Numbered from the stretch's first letter, positions 1 through 10,174 are shown. The stretch: 55,344 nt of DNA from an uncultured virus (IMG/VR IMGVR_UViG_3300007523_000006) (IMGVR_UViG_3300007523_000006:62001-117344); one strand, 5' to 3'. The notes: generated by a model not told the origin, from the letters alone. A program made the numbers and translations.

Positions 1-129
1 ACTGATGGATACGGCACTAACGTAAAGCCTGAAAAGCCTGACAACTGGTATTGGTTCATCACGGAAGGTGGCGTTAAATCTCACATCGACCGGGGATGTA
101 ACTTCTATAAACTGGGTGATTTTGAATAA
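1..129 (+). CDS. 3' end of a CDS cut by the window edge, possibly a VWA-like domain
   Basis: Frame 1 is open: TDGYGTNVKPEKPDNWYWFIT...DFE*. TDGYG followed by a W-rich strand resembles the end of VWA-like domains. Confidence 0.4.
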   Translation, partial: TDGYGTNVKPEKPDNWYWFITEGGVKSHIDRGCNFYKLGDFE

Positions 130-138
130 GAGGGCAAA

Positions 139-1563
139 ATGGACTTCACAGTATTCGACCATCGTGAGCATATGACGGCGCTCACATGGTTGGGTCGTAA
201 AGACTGGATGCTCTATCGAGACATTCCAGCCCAACGAGCCATCAGCGCTAAACCCCGCAAATTGGTACTCAAGCCCAAACAGCTTCTCGCTCCTGGGCCT
301 GAGTCACCTATTACTGTGGGCGAAAAAGAATTCAACCGCTACCCCGCAGAAATGTGGAAGGTATTACGGGAGATCATGAACGTCCTTGAATTCGACGTAG
401 TGGGAACCCTATGGTACAACACCTTGGCTAAAGCATTGGCTGGTGGACCAAAGATTTTTCGACCGTCGCCGCTCCAATGTGAAGCATTGGAACACGCTGA
501 AGCACGATATGCCTTCAAGGACTACAAGCAACCATTTCCGGTCATCACACTGGAGATACCGGAAGAATATCGTCAGCAACTTCAGCAAAAATATGGCATT
601 GATGAATCGCCTCGATATGTTCTTGTCAACCATGATGACAAAAACCGATTCATTACTGTGAGTGCTTTTTACAACAAAGGAAATATCATTACGCATATTA
701 CGCCTGATCGGGCTGAATATGCAACAATTGAAGAAAGTCTCGTTCGCAATCGAGATCGTCGTCAAGATGACGTACAAGAAGTATCGGCGGGCAAATTTTT
801 AATGCCCGGCAATCCAGCTATTCAAGGTAGCACCGAGGGTGAATTCGATGCTGCTGAGAATGTACAACGACTCGGCATTAACTTCGCCATGATGATGTCG
901 CTATACACAGTAAAAGTAGCCGGACCCTTGGATGCTAACAACTACAAGATTTGGCAACAAGAAGCAAGGGCAAAGCGAGGCGGTAGCGTTCCAACTCGGA
1001 GAGCAATGGAATCGCAGCAAAAGCTGGCGGCTACTATGCAACTCATTCAGTTCGACCAGAAAGTCGAATTCTATGACGAAGTTGAAGAACAAATCGAAGT
1101 GGCACAGGGAGTAGATATTGAAAGTTTGCACAAGTCTCCTAGATCTCACTGGAGACGTGGGCATTTTGCAATGCAACCTTTTGGCCTTGGTCGTCGTGAA
1201 CGAAGAATGATTTTTCGTAAGCCGCTATTGGTTAGAGCCAAATACTTCCTGGGAGATATTAAGGACGCAAGCGTCACTTACACAATTCATCCAGGACGAC
1301 CGGCTGCGCCATTGCCAGCACCGCCACCAGAAATGATGGTCAACACTCCAACTCAACTCCCTCCACCGGAGCCTGGGTTGAAGACTGGACAACGAATTGA
1401 AATCATTCAGGCAGAAGAATGTTCTGTCGGTCCTGGAACTCAGGGCAAGATCGTCAAGGTAGTTGATCTTGGATCGAACATGGTACAAATTGACGCATTG
1501 ACCGACGATGGGCAAAAATTCTCGCTAATTACCCCGCCAGATGAGTTCAAAATATCAGGATGA
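139..1563 (+). CDS. Hypothetical phage protein with Pro-rich linker and small C-terminal SH3-like domain
   Basis: 474-aa ORF with GAGGG Shine-Dalgarno (SD). Contains SPRSHWRRGHF, a motif common in uncharacterised phage proteins. Confidence 0.7.
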   Translation: MDFTVFDHREHMTALTWLGRKDWMLYRDIPAQRAISAKPRKLVLKPKQLLAPGPESPITVGEKEFNRYPAEMWKVLREIMNVLEFDVVGTLWYNTLAKALAGGPKIFRPSPLQCEALEHAEARYAFKDYKQPFPVITLEIPEEYRQQLQQKYGIDESPRYVLVNHDDKNRFITVSAFYNKGNIITHITPDRAEYATIEESLVRNRDRRQDDVQEVSAGKFLMPGNPAIQGSTEGEFDAAENVQRLGINFAMMMSLYTVKVAGPLDANNYKIWQQEARAKRGGSVPTRRAMESQQKLAATMQLIQFDQKVEFYDEVEEQIEVAQGVDIESLHKSPRSHWRRGHFAMQPFGLGRRERRMIFRKPLLVRAKYFLGDIKDASVTYTIHPGRPAAPLPAPPPEMMVNTPTQLPPPEPGLKTGQRIEIIQAEECSVGPGTQGKIVKVVDLGSNMVQIDALTDDGQKFSLITPPDEFKISG

Positions 1564-1569
1564 TCGATC

Positions 1570-2067
1570 ATGTGGAAATGGCCATTAAAAGAATTTTGTG
1601 ATGTTCCTATTGAGAAACATCCTGGTGCGTTCGGTGCCATAAGAACACATGATATTCATACTGGTGTTGATTTATATTGCAAAAACAAAGACCTTGTATT
1701 TGCTGTAGAAGATGGCACTGTCGTACTTGTGGATGACTTTACAGGAAAAATAACGAATACTCCTTGGTGGAACGACACAAAAGCTGTAATGATAGAAGGT
1801 GCGACAGGAGTTGTAAACTACGGCGAAATTGAGCCTTATTGTAAATTGAATCAAATTATAAAAAAAGGTGATTTAATTGGTTATGTCGTTCCTGTCTTGA
1901 AGTCAAAAAAAGAAAACATCCCAGGACATTCAGTTGCAATGCTTCATGTAGAACTATACAAACATGGCGTTCGCAATTTCGTTGACAAATGGGAACATGG
2001 ACAAAATTGTCCTGTTGATTTGTTAAATCCGACTCAATACTTGACAAATTGCTCCATGAATCTTTAA
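1570..2067 (+). CDS. M23 family metallopeptidase
   Basis: HTGVDL (HxxxD) and MLHVEL (HxH variant) motifs. Confidence 0.8.
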   Translation: MWKWPLKEFCDVPIEKHPGAFGAIRTHDIHTGVDLYCKNKDLVFAVEDGTVVLVDDFTGKITNTPWWNDTKAVMIEGATGVVNYGEIEPYCKLNQIIKKGDLIGYVVPVLKSKKENIPGHSVAMLHVELYKHGVRNFVDKWEHGQNCPVDLLNPTQYLTNCSMNL

Positions 2068-2073
2068 TTTTGC

Positions 2074-2102
2074 TGTACAACTCTAAATCTCCGTGGTATA
2101 CT
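2074..2102 (+). promoter_or_regulatory. Sigma70-like promoter with extended -10
   Basis: TGTACA-17 bp ending in CGTGG-TATACT. The same pattern recurs at 17363, 22337, 27822 and 36445. Confidence 0.55.
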
Positions 2103-2142
2103 CTACCACGGAGATTTTTTCAATTGCAGGCAAAGGTGATAT

Positions 2143-3324
2143 GTGTCAAACGAAAAACAACAAATCGGGATTTTGCCCCCTGAATTCGTAGACATGATGA
2201 CTCGGCAAGAAGAGTTACATCCTGATCTAGCTTCTTGCATCTTTGAAGAAGGCACATTAGGTAAATGCCTTAAACATCCACTCATTATTGGCTTGTTCTA
2301 CCATCCCGGTATGAATGCCATGTACAACTCACAATACCAAGCCAAACTCAAATACATCGCAGAAGCCGAAGAGAAGAAAAACTGGTCCAGCTATATCTGG
2401 ATGCACGAGCGTCCTTATCGGTTAGAAAAATTCTCTGAAATTGAGAGTGAACTATCGGACCAAGAATATTGGGAATTACTGGGTAGCATTTGGTCTGATA
2501 GTGAAAACCTTTGGCAATACGGCAGCATATTGGGCTGGCTTATCAACAAGAATCGTTCTGGTCGTGAATCCATGATGGATGAACACGAGAAGAAGCTCTT
2601 GGCAAAACTTCCTGATGAATTCACAATTTATCGTGGGCATCAAACCAAGAATCGTCTGGGTTATTCTTGGACCTTGAGCTATTGGCGAGCTAAATGGTTC
2701 GCCAATCGTTTTCAACAAAAAGGACAAGGCGTAGTAAAGGCCACTGTCAAGAAAGAACACGTTATTGCTGTATTGTTGGGACGAAATGAATTTGAAATCG
2801 TTGCATTGCCAAAACATCTAAAAATCGACACAGTTCGGAAAACAATGAAGCGACTACGTTGGCTCGAAGCCGCAAAAGAAGAATTTGATGCAACCTTCAT
2901 GGCAGGGCTAGGAAAACGCAATGCAAGTTTGTCTGTGCATGGCCCGTGGCATTGGGAAAAGGTCGAAAAGAACGCATTGATCTTGGCAAAAAATACGCCT
3001 GGCGCTGATAAGGTCGTGGCTCAATTATTTGCTCTGATTCATGATACAAAACGTCAAAATGAAGATGAAGACCCGGAACACGGTCATCGCTCGGCAGCAT
3101 ACGCCGAAGAACTATTCAAACAGGGAAAGTTGGATATTACTGAAGACCAACTTGCTGTATTGATGGAAGCGTGTAAGCATCACAACGATGGGCAAATCAC
3201 AAACAACCCTACTATTGGCGTTTGTTGGGATGCAGATCGTTTAGACCTTACCAGAGTTGGCATTATCCCAAACCCGGAATTGCTGTCCACAAAGGCCGGT
3301 AAAGAACTTCTTTGGAGCATTTGA
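2143..3324 (+). CDS. Two-domain protein with C-terminal HD phosphohydrolase domain
   Basis: HGPWHW...LIHD...HG...HN...WDADRLDL pattern typical of HD domains. Confidence 0.75.
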   Translation: MSNEKQQIGILPPEFVDMMTRQEELHPDLASCIFEEGTLGKCLKHPLIIGLFYHPGMNAMYNSQYQAKLKYIAEAEEKKNWSSYIWMHERPYRLEKFSEIESELSDQEYWELLGSIWSDSENLWQYGSILGWLINKNRSGRESMMDEHEKKLLAKLPDEFTIYRGHQTKNRLGYSWTLSYWRAKWFANRFQQKGQGVVKATVKKEHVIAVLLGRNEFEIVALPKHLKIDTVRKTMKRLRWLEAAKEEFDATFMAGLGKRNASLSVHGPWHWEKVEKNALILAKNTPGADKVVAQLFALIHDTKRQNEDEDPEHGHRSAAYAEELFKQGKLDITEDQLAVLMEACKHHNDGQITNNPTIGVCWDADRLDLTRVGIIPNPELLSTKAGKELLWSI

Positions 3325-3325
3325 G

Positions 3326-3628
3326 ATGCAAACAGTAGGTGATGCAACAAAATCCATCATGAGTTCCCCGCATTGCAAGGCAGTTATTCCTTGTCCAGTA
3401 GTATGTCTACAGGTCTTCAAAACAACGGAGTGCGATTCTCGGTCGCTTGAAGAACTCGTCCTGAAGCGAAACGAAGTTCAAAAACTGTTGCAAGATAACA
3501 ACAAACTTAAAAGAAAAGTTCACGCTGCCCAAGAATTCTTGGACAGACTTCAAAATAGTCTGCCCAAGAATTCTTGGACAGACTTCAAAATAGTCTGCCC
3601 AAGTATTCTTGGACAGACTTCAAAATAG
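3326..3628 (+). CDS. 5' part of a gene interrupted by a 35-bp tandem repeat expansion
   Basis: ATG at 3326 after GGAG. Same frame as 3644..4177, and the stop codon lies inside repeat copy 3. Confidence 0.55.
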   Translation: MQTVGDATKSIMSSPHCKAVIPCPVVCLQVFKTTECDSRSLEELVLKRNEVQKLLQDNNKLKRKVHAAQEFLDRLQNSLPKNSWTDFKIVCPSILGQTSK

Positions 3629-3663
3629 TCTGCCCAAGTATTCTTGGACAGACTTCAAAATAG
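3525..3663. repeat. About 4 tandem copies of a 35-bp palindrome-containing unit
   Basis: Unit CTGCCCAAG(A/T)ATTCTTGGACAGACTTCAAAATAGT, with no spacers. Contains CCAAGAATTCTTGG and an AGACT-N7-AGTCT hairpin. Confidence 0.95.
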
Positions 3664-4177
3664 GTTTACTATGTCGTCGAAACCAGCACTAATCGGACAA
3701 GTGGCGAGCCAAATGATGAAAAGCGGTCGTCCAGGACGGCTTATTGCTACAGATAAACAGAAAGAAAACTTTCAGTTGCGACACAAAAAGCATATTGCTT
3801 GGGCGATTGACAGCCTTCCTCGAAGTAGTACTGCTGTCCCTGCCGTTGTTGTCAAGTGCCTTATTAAGTACGACAACAATAGGGTGGTGGAATTTTGCAA
3901 GGCTTTACGAAGTGGGCTATTTCAAGGGCAAGACGATCCTGCGCTTCAACTGTGGAAGTTTTTGCAAAAACACCGTGGACATGATACCGTTTCTGTGTAC
4001 CAACGGGCGGTCGGTGCTGCAAAGGCTTATATGGAAGGTAGAACACTCAGTTCTCTCAGGCCGTTGAAAGAAGATGTATTTGCCTGGGACGAAGGATGGA
4101 CGGTCCCGGACGATCTTCTTGGCAACTGGACCCCGGATAATCTTCCGAAAGCAGATTCGGATCGACCAATCTCTTGA
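3644..4177 (+). CDS. 3' part of the interrupted gene; helical domain resembling the C-terminal half of 4285..5937
   Basis: 177-aa ORF. AVVVKCL...ALQLWKFL...VYQRAVGAAKAYMEG compares with AVFLRAY...SLRSLRRYL...LYKRVERMLSAYLKE. Confidence 0.55.
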   Translation: MDRLQNRFTMSSKPALIGQVASQMMKSGRPGRLIATDKQKENFQLRHKKHIAWAIDSLPRSSTAVPAVVVKCLIKYDNNRVVEFCKALRSGLFQGQDDPALQLWKFLQKHRGHDTVSVYQRAVGAAKAYMEGRTLSSLRPLKEDVFAWDEGWTVPDDLLGNWTPDNLPKADSDRPIS

Positions 4178-4228
4178 GTAAAGGCGTTCACCCTAAAAGG
4201 TGGGAACATATCAAGAGTGTACTGAAAG

Positions 4229-4259
4229 AAAAAAGCACCGGGTTGTCCGGTGCTTTTTT
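4229..4259. terminator. Bidirectional intrinsic terminator
   Basis: AAAAAAGCACCGG-N5-CCGGTGCTTTTTT between convergent genes. Confidence 0.85.
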
Positions 4260-4284
4260 GTTTGTTCTTTGACTTCTGGAGATA

Positions 4285-5937
4285 TTACTTAGGCTTAACC
4301 AGCGTATATCGCACAACTCGTACTTGTCCAAGTTTGATAATCGGCTGAATCATAGTTTCGCCGACCTGAAGTGAACCTTTGGTGCGAATAAAATCAGCCA
4401 TCCGGTCTTTGACCAACCGCATATCTTCACCAGGACAGATCATTTTGAACATATCCCTCAGCGTAAATACATAACCATCATCATTTAGATCAGCCCATTT
4501 TGTGATAGAATCCAAAATTTCTGTTCCAATCGTTCGACCTGCAATAGATTGGGCCGAATTCCTCGCCGCCTTAATGAAATTAAGGGCTGAAATTGGAAAT
4601 TGTTCTTCATTGACCGAATGGCATCGCTCAAGTTCTTCTTCTTTAAGATATGCCGAGAGCATTCTCTCCACTCGCTTATAAAGCAGAGCCACAGCATCAG
4701 CACTTGTTGGAGCGCTTGTCATCGTTTCCTTGAGGTATCTTCGCAAAGAACGCAGGGACGTGGTTCCTGGCTGTCTCGAAATGGTCTGCCTCTCGACCTT
4801 TTCACCATCGGTCAGAAGATAATCATAGGCATATTCCAACTTTTCTTTGCTGATGCCATAAACGTATGCCCTAAGAAACACGGCCTTGACAATGCCCATT
4901 CCAACTCTGCGTTTTTGTCCATCCGTGTAACGAGACAACAGGTCATTGAGCCAAGTCAACGGTTCTTGGAAATGGTCAATCATCTTCCTAAGAGTCTTGA
5001 AGCTGAATTGAGTATTCTCTTGCTTTCCTCTGCTATAAGCGACCCTTATTACAGTTGCATTTTTGTTGTTGTACAATGATTCATTAGGATTGTTGCCAGC
5101 CATTGTTTCTGCGTCGTCCATAGTTCGACCGGCTCCGGTATCAATTACCGGCACTTCTTCGTCGGAAATACGACGACGAGTCATAACTCGAATCGACTTG
5201 CCAGATAATAGGCAAGCCAAAGAGCGATGACAACCATTTCTGATGCCGTCATGATTGAACAGGAACATTGAATCACCGATGTAGTAATTTTTTTGTTCAA
5301 TGTCTTGAATAAGGCCAAACACTTTGCCTTCTCGCACTTTGCGATTCGTGGCATTCATCACGATCAACCAAGCGATTTCCGGCGTAATTGTCTCTTCAGA
5401 GTAATCACGAGGATCGCTTTCGCTAATCCTTTTGTATTCAGCCCAATCCTTTTCTGTGGGGGTCAGCTTTGGAAAGGACATCCTAATTGATTTGGGAATC
5501 CAATTAGGAATATTGAAGTTAAATCCTGCGGACGACGACAGTAAATCAAGCTGAACCTTTGGTTCGCTCATTTTTAGTTCCTTGAAAATAACACTCGAAC
5601 AAAAACCTGAGTCGGTAAGACATTCAGGTAACTCCACATCAATTAGGCGATGGTACTCAATTCCAAATTTTCGATCAATCCAATTTTGGCGCATTTCGAC
5701 AATCAGAGAAATTAGCTCTTGGTCCAAGTAAAACCATTCTTTATGGCTGTTGATGTAATGAAAATATGTATGAAGGTAATCTTCATCGGACAATGTTCCC
5801 GGATAAATAGCCAACAAAACCTGCTTTTCATCGGGCGACATGCCGCTTAACGTAAAAATACGATCAGGCAAACTATTGCTATGACCGATTTTAACCTTTT
5901 TAAGCTGTGGCGAATAAAGAAAATAAACATATCCCAT
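4285..5937 (-). CDS. GIY-YIG (T5orf172-like) domain fused to a ParB-like domain protein
   Basis: N-terminal GYVYFL..VKIGHS..R...E..LH..F...KEWF. Central NRKV...NGCHRSLAC...IDTGAGRT. An internal ATG at 5571 has an AAGGA SD. Confidence 0.65.
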   Translation of the reverse strand: MGYVYFLYSPQLKKVKIGHSNSLPDRIFTLSGMSPDEKQVLLAIYPGTLSDEDYLHTYFHYINSHKEWFYLDQELISLIVEMRQNWIDRKFGIEYHRLIDVELPECLTDSGFCSSVIFKELKMSEPKVQLDLLSSSAGFNFNIPNWIPKSIRMSFPKLTPTEKDWAEYKRISESDPRDYSEETITPEIAWLIVMNATNRKVREGKVFGLIQDIEQKNYYIGDSMFLFNHDGIRNGCHRSLACLLSGKSIRVMTRRRISDEEVPVIDTGAGRTMDDAETMAGNNPNESLYNNKNATVIRVAYSRGKQENTQFSFKTLRKMIDHFQEPLTWLNDLLSRYTDGQKRRVGMGIVKAVFLRAYVYGISKEKLEYAYDYLLTDGEKVERQTISRQPGTTSLRSLRRYLKETMTSAPTSADAVALLYKRVERMLSAYLKEEELERCHSVNEEQFPISALNFIKAARNSAQSIAGRTIGTEILDSITKWADLNDDGYVFTLRDMFKMICPGEDMRLVKDRMADFIRTKGSLQVGETMIQPIIKLGQVRVVRYTLVKPK

Positions 5938-5998
5938 GAAAGATTATATGGGCCAAGCGACAAATAAGTGGCTCGTTGTGTTTATTTGCGAATTTTTT

Positions 5999-6568
5999 TC
6001 AAGATATTTCAGGTGCATTTGATGATTCGATAAAGAAGTCATCCTCAAGTTTCAATAAATGTTCCAAAGCAACAACTGACCATTTCCCATATTGTAACTT
6101 GTATTTGAAAGTATGTCCGACCAAATCTTTGGTGTGAACAAAAGCCAACCACGGCTTTCGGGTTTTCTTCCAGCAAAGAAGCGGCTTTCTTCCGCAACGC
6201 TTGCTGTCTTGGGTGACTTGATCTAAGAACGCATCAAGCTCGCTGTTCCCCCGCACAAAGACAGAACTCATGTCGATGCCGTCATAGCCGCCTTTGCTCT
6301 CTATGACGAAGCGGAAGCCTTGGGGAACGATTAGATCGCCGGAGAAGACCTCTCGTGCGTGCTTGGGAAGATGATTGACTTGTCCCCAACGATTGCCGGA
6401 GCCAACAGAGCGACTAAAGCCGTCACCAAATCTAGTGTTCAGGACTTTGGTAAGGTCAAGTTCAGTGCGATTGCCCTTCTTCTTGCCATCAACTTTTTTG
6501 GTAGTCTTTTTTTTGCTAAGAATATCGTCAGTGACGAAATCCTCCATATCCTCAAAATCATGTTTCAT
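5999..6568 (-). CDS. Holliday junction resolvase, PD-(D/E)xK (Hjc-like)
   Basis: KKGNRTE...GDLI...VIESKGG...KPLLCWK motifs. Confidence 0.75.
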   Translation of the reverse strand: MKHDFEDMEDFVTDDILSKKKTTKKVDGKKKGNRTELDLTKVLNTRFGDGFSRSVGSGNRWGQVNHLPKHAREVFSGDLIVPQGFRFVIESKGGYDGIDMSSVFVRGNSELDAFLDQVTQDSKRCGRKPLLCWKKTRKPWLAFVHTKDLVGHTFKYKLQYGKWSVVALEHLLKLEDDFFIESSNAPEIS

Positions 6569-6596
6569 GTTGTAACCTCTAACAATTATATAGAGA

Positions 6597-7775
6597 TTAC
6601 CGAGATATAATGCCGCTCAATCCTTCCAGGTCTTGACGTTGCTGTTCCAGGTCTTGCAATAATTGATCGAAATCATGTCGCTGTATTGACTGCTCTTGGA
6701 CCAATTGCTCTGTATAAGTGCGGATATTGTTAATCAAATCAATCATCTCGTCGCACTTCTTCTCCACTTCAGATAAAGGGAACTCTTCCCACTCAACAAT
6801 CTTAGGCAACGGTCGCTCTTTTGGAGGTTTCTGCACTTGCAGGATGCGATCTTTTTCATCGAGACTGGTAATGACTTCAAAAGAAGCATTACGTTGAATT
6901 GGGTCGTGCTTCTTGCCGTCAAATTGCCACGGCGTCGAGCCTTCTTTACAAACCTCAAATCGCTGGACGTTTTTGGGAGTTGTCTCTTCAAGAGTGATTT
7001 TGAATTCCCAAATTTCTTCAGTGGGTAATTCAATTAGTTTTTGTGTACGAGCTAGACTTTTAATGCCAGAACATTCATGAACAGCGTCTTCCCATATCGT
7101 CGGTTCAGACACAAAGAAAACTTGACCAAGAGGCTCTCGCATATCGACAATCCACAATGGACGGTGACGATTACGAAACAACCATAACATGCGACTGCCA
7201 TTTTCTCTTCGTTCACCTACGGCGACCGCCATGTGTCCTTCGTTGATGAGACTAAAAATATCTCGAATGCCTGCTAATCTTTGCGGCAATTCGGCATCGC
7301 CAAAATCTTTCTTTAACTCTTTGGCTGAATAACTCTCACCAGATTCAAATATCCTAAGAAGGATTTCTGAATCGCATTGAGTTTGCAAACCGTATTTTTG
7401 TTTCAGAGAATGATATTCACAATCATCAACACGACCATTGTGAATCAAACCTATTGATTTGTCCTGGCTGGTAAATGGGTGATTGTTTTGATTTGCACTT
7501 GGCTCACCAACACCTTTTGAAGCACCACGAGCATGAATCAACAAGAGATTGGGATTGTGTTTGGATACTAATTTCCAAACATCCTTCTTGATGAAATGGC
7601 TAGATTTGCCCGGTTCTTTGTGATAGAGAACATTGCCGTTAACGCCGCTCTCCGTACCCCAATAACCAGCAGCATCGACGCCCCGACATTCGCTCTTCTC
7701 AAATAATTTGGTTATCAGTTGATAGGTAAGAACTGGCTTCTTTGATTCGCCTATGTAACCGGCAATTCCACACAT
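6597..7775 (-). CDS. Class II (Ntn) glutamine amidotransferase domain protein
   Basis: MCGIAG start, RGVDAAG, HARGAS, NNHPF, HNG and DSE motifs. Confidence 0.85.
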   Translation of the reverse strand: MCGIAGYIGESKKPVLTYQLITKLFEKSECRGVDAAGYWGTESGVNGNVLYHKEPGKSSHFIKKDVWKLVSKHNPNLLLIHARGASKGVGEPSANQNNHPFTSQDKSIGLIHNGRVDDCEYHSLKQKYGLQTQCDSEILLRIFESGESYSAKELKKDFGDAELPQRLAGIRDIFSLINEGHMAVAVGERRENGSRMLWLFRNRHRPLWIVDMREPLGQVFFVSEPTIWEDAVHECSGIKSLARTQKLIELPTEEIWEFKITLEETTPKNVQRFEVCKEGSTPWQFDGKKHDPIQRNASFEVITSLDEKDRILQVQKPPKERPLPKIVEWEEFPLSEVEKKCDEMIDLINNIRTYTEQLVQEQSIQRHDFDQLLQDLEQQRQDLEGLSGIISR

Positions 7776-7789
7776 TAGCATCCTCGTTC

Positions 7790-8308
7790 TTAGAAACCAT
7801 CCATAGGGCCAGGATTGCCCGCCAATGGCGGCGTAGCCAAACTTCCTGTACCTCCTGGTGGAGCTACAGGGCCAGCCTTATCAATTGTAGCTGATTGTGG
7901 CGGCGGGGCAGATTGATCTGGTTTGTCTGTGCCTTTATCATCTTCTTCTGGTGCCGTGTCTGTTGTGGCCAACTTATGAATTGGCACTCCCAGATTAGCG
8001 ACAAGTTTTTCAAGAGATGTAGCACATCCAGCAATAGTTCCAGGTAGATCATCTTTTTCCTCGATTGATTTCATCAAGGCAACGCCAACTTTTTGTAGCG
8101 TTAAAAGATGTTTTTTTTCTTCCCTGGGCCAATTACTGTGTAAAATCCGGCGAATTTGATTGACGATACGCTCTGAGAACCGAGTTAAATCTCTAGTTCC
8201 CATATTATTGGCGTCATCACGCAGTTCTTGCGCAGCGGTCAATATATCGCCGACTTTTTGGCCGAGATAGGCTTGGGACTCGTTAAGTAAAAATTGTTTG
8301 AACCTCAT
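7790..8308 (-). CDS. Hypothetical protein, putative internal head protein
   Basis: N-terminus MRFKQFLLNE resembles the T4 capsid-targeting sequence. Start is TAAATA-N4-ATG. Confidence 0.6.
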   Translation of the reverse strand: MRFKQFLLNESQAYLGQKVGDILTAAQELRDDANNMGTRDLTRFSERIVNQIRRILHSNWPREEKKHLLTLQKVGVALMKSIEEKDDLPGTIAGCATSLEKLVANLGVPIHKLATTDTAPEEDDKGTDKPDQSAPPPQSATIDKAGPVAPPGGTGSLATPPLAGNPGPMDGF

Positions 8309-8346
8309 GCTCTATTTAGAGAACGTATTCACATAATTTCTCCAAT

Positions 8347-9999
8347 TCACTGAGACTCTACAGGATTCTCTGGTTGAAGTTTCAATCCTCTGTGCTGAAT
8401 TGCCGCTGTAATCAGCCCTTTGAACAAAGGAGCGGCGTTCATCAACCTGCTTTTGAATTCAGGGTGAGCCTGAGTTCCAATGAAATAAGGGTGAATATTA
8501 CGATCCAACTCCATAACTTCAATAAGTCCAGTTTCCGGGTTTCGCCCACTAATTCTAAATCCCCGTTTAGCATATTGTTCAGAAAATTCCGGGTTTACCT
8601 CATATCGGTGGCGATGTCGTTCGCTAATCAATGGCTTGCCATAGACTTCGGACGCAATGCTATCCTTGGTCAATTCACACTCATACGAACCCAATCGCAT
8701 ATTGGCTGATTTCTTATTCAGCTTTTCTTGCCCCTCAACAAAGTGAATGACCGGATATGGAGTTTCCTTATTGAATTCAAGGCTATTAGCTCCATCTAAA
8801 TCACATTCATTCCGAGCAAATTCAATTACAGCACACTGTAGTCCCAGGCAAATGCCCAAAAATGGAATCTTCTTCTCACGAACGTACTGAATGGCTTTGA
8901 TTTTACCTTCAGTACCTCGATTATCGAATCCACCAGGAACAATAATGCCATCCAAGCCCTCAAAATGCTTGTGGATGCCTCGCAAGTCTTTGTATTTCTC
9001 CAATTCATCAGCTTTGATCCACTTGATGTTAACACGAACATCATTGGCAATACCAGCATGAAGAAGGGATTCCTTCAAAGACATATACGCTTCATCACAA
9101 TTGTCGTATTTGCCAAATACGCCGATCTCAATGGCGGGCATGTGGTTGGAGACGTATTTTTCTACAACTTCACGATATTTGTGAATTCTACAAGCACTCC
9201 GATTCAATCGGAAAAGGTCAACGAAAAGATCGTCAACGTGCCGGTCGTAGAATTCAAGTGGAACCTGATAAATGCTCTGTACGTCTGGAGCATCAAATAT
9301 ACACTCCCGTTTGACGTTGGTGAGCATCGAGACTTTGGCCAACAGCTTCTCAGGGATCGCACGATCTACACGACAGAAAATCACGTCGGGTTGCAGGCCA
9401 TGCCGCTGAAGCTCTTTAACGCTGTTCTGGAGGGGCTTTGTTTTGAATTCTTTTATCGTATTCACCCACAGAATAGGTGCGACCATAGCGATCAACACAT
9501 CGTCTTTGAACTTCTGCTTGAATTGTCGCATAGCTTCAAAGAAGGCAAAGCTCTCACTATCGCCAACGGTGCCGCCAATCTCAACAATAACAACGTCTTT
9601 ATCTTTGCCCAAATCCACGAGGCGTTGCTGGATTTTATCTGTCAAATGCGGAATAAGCTGGATGGTTTGACCAAGATATTTGCCAGCTTCTTGTTCCTCG
9701 ATCAATTCCTTGTGCAAAGTCCCTGACGTGCAAATGTTCATCTTGTTGACATTGATGCCAGCAATTCGCTCATAGTGTCCGAGATCAAGGTCGGTTTCCG
9801 TGCCATCATCGCAAAGGAAACACTCCCCGTGTTCACGGGGAGCCAAAATTCCCGCATTTGTGTTCAAATACGGGTCGAATTTGACGAGGGTGATGTTGTG
9901 ACCACGGAACTTCAGCAAAAGCCCGACGCTCGCTGCCGAGACGCCCTTGCCAGTACCAGAAATCACACCACCGACCACTATAAGGTACTTAGCTGACAT
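8347..9999 (-). CDS. pyrG: CTP synthase
   Basis: GGVISGTGKG, KFDPYLN, ETDLDLGHYER, KTKPLQ, GICLGLQ, ERHRHRYE and QAHPEF. Start MSAKY follows an AAGGAG SD. Confidence 0.97.
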   Translation of the reverse strand: MSAKYLIVVGGVISGTGKGVSAASVGLLLKFRGHNITLVKFDPYLNTNAGILAPREHGECFLCDDGTETDLDLGHYERIAGINVNKMNICTSGTLHKELIEEQEAGKYLGQTIQLIPHLTDKIQQRLVDLGKDKDVVIVEIGGTVGDSESFAFFEAMRQFKQKFKDDVLIAMVAPILWVNTIKEFKTKPLQNSVKELQRHGLQPDVIFCRVDRAIPEKLLAKVSMLTNVKRECIFDAPDVQSIYQVPLEFYDRHVDDLFVDLFRLNRSACRIHKYREVVEKYVSNHMPAIEIGVFGKYDNCDEAYMSLKESLLHAGIANDVRVNIKWIKADELEKYKDLRGIHKHFEGLDGIIVPGGFDNRGTEGKIKAIQYVREKKIPFLGICLGLQCAVIEFARNECDLDGANSLEFNKETPYPVIHFVEGQEKLNKKSANMRLGSYECELTKDSIASEVYGKPLISERHRHRYEVNPEFSEQYAKRGFRISGRNPETGLIEVMELDRNIHPYFIGTQAHPEFKSRLMNAAPLFKGLITAAIQHRGLKLQPENPVESQ

Positions 10000-10037
10000 T
10001 GACTCTCCTTTGGTAATTCCAAACAATATTTTCAAGC

Positions 10038-10102
10038 AAGCCCTGCTTTCACCTAAGAGCGAGCACCCGACCTCTTTAGGATCGGGGTAGTTGACAGGGC
10101 TT
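10038..10102 (-). mobile_element. Short IS200/IS605-type (IscB/HEARO-like) end-hairpin remnant
   Basis: Minus strand reads GTCAACTACCCCGATCCTAAAGAGGTCGGG, nested in an AAGCCCTG/CAGGGCTT inverted repeat. No transposase or IscB gene nearby. Confidence 0.45.
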
Positions 10103-10174
10103 ATTCTTTATGCACTCTGGAGTGTTCGTCGTAGTGGGTCGATCAGGACCGGAACTTTATCCGATCTCACAAAA

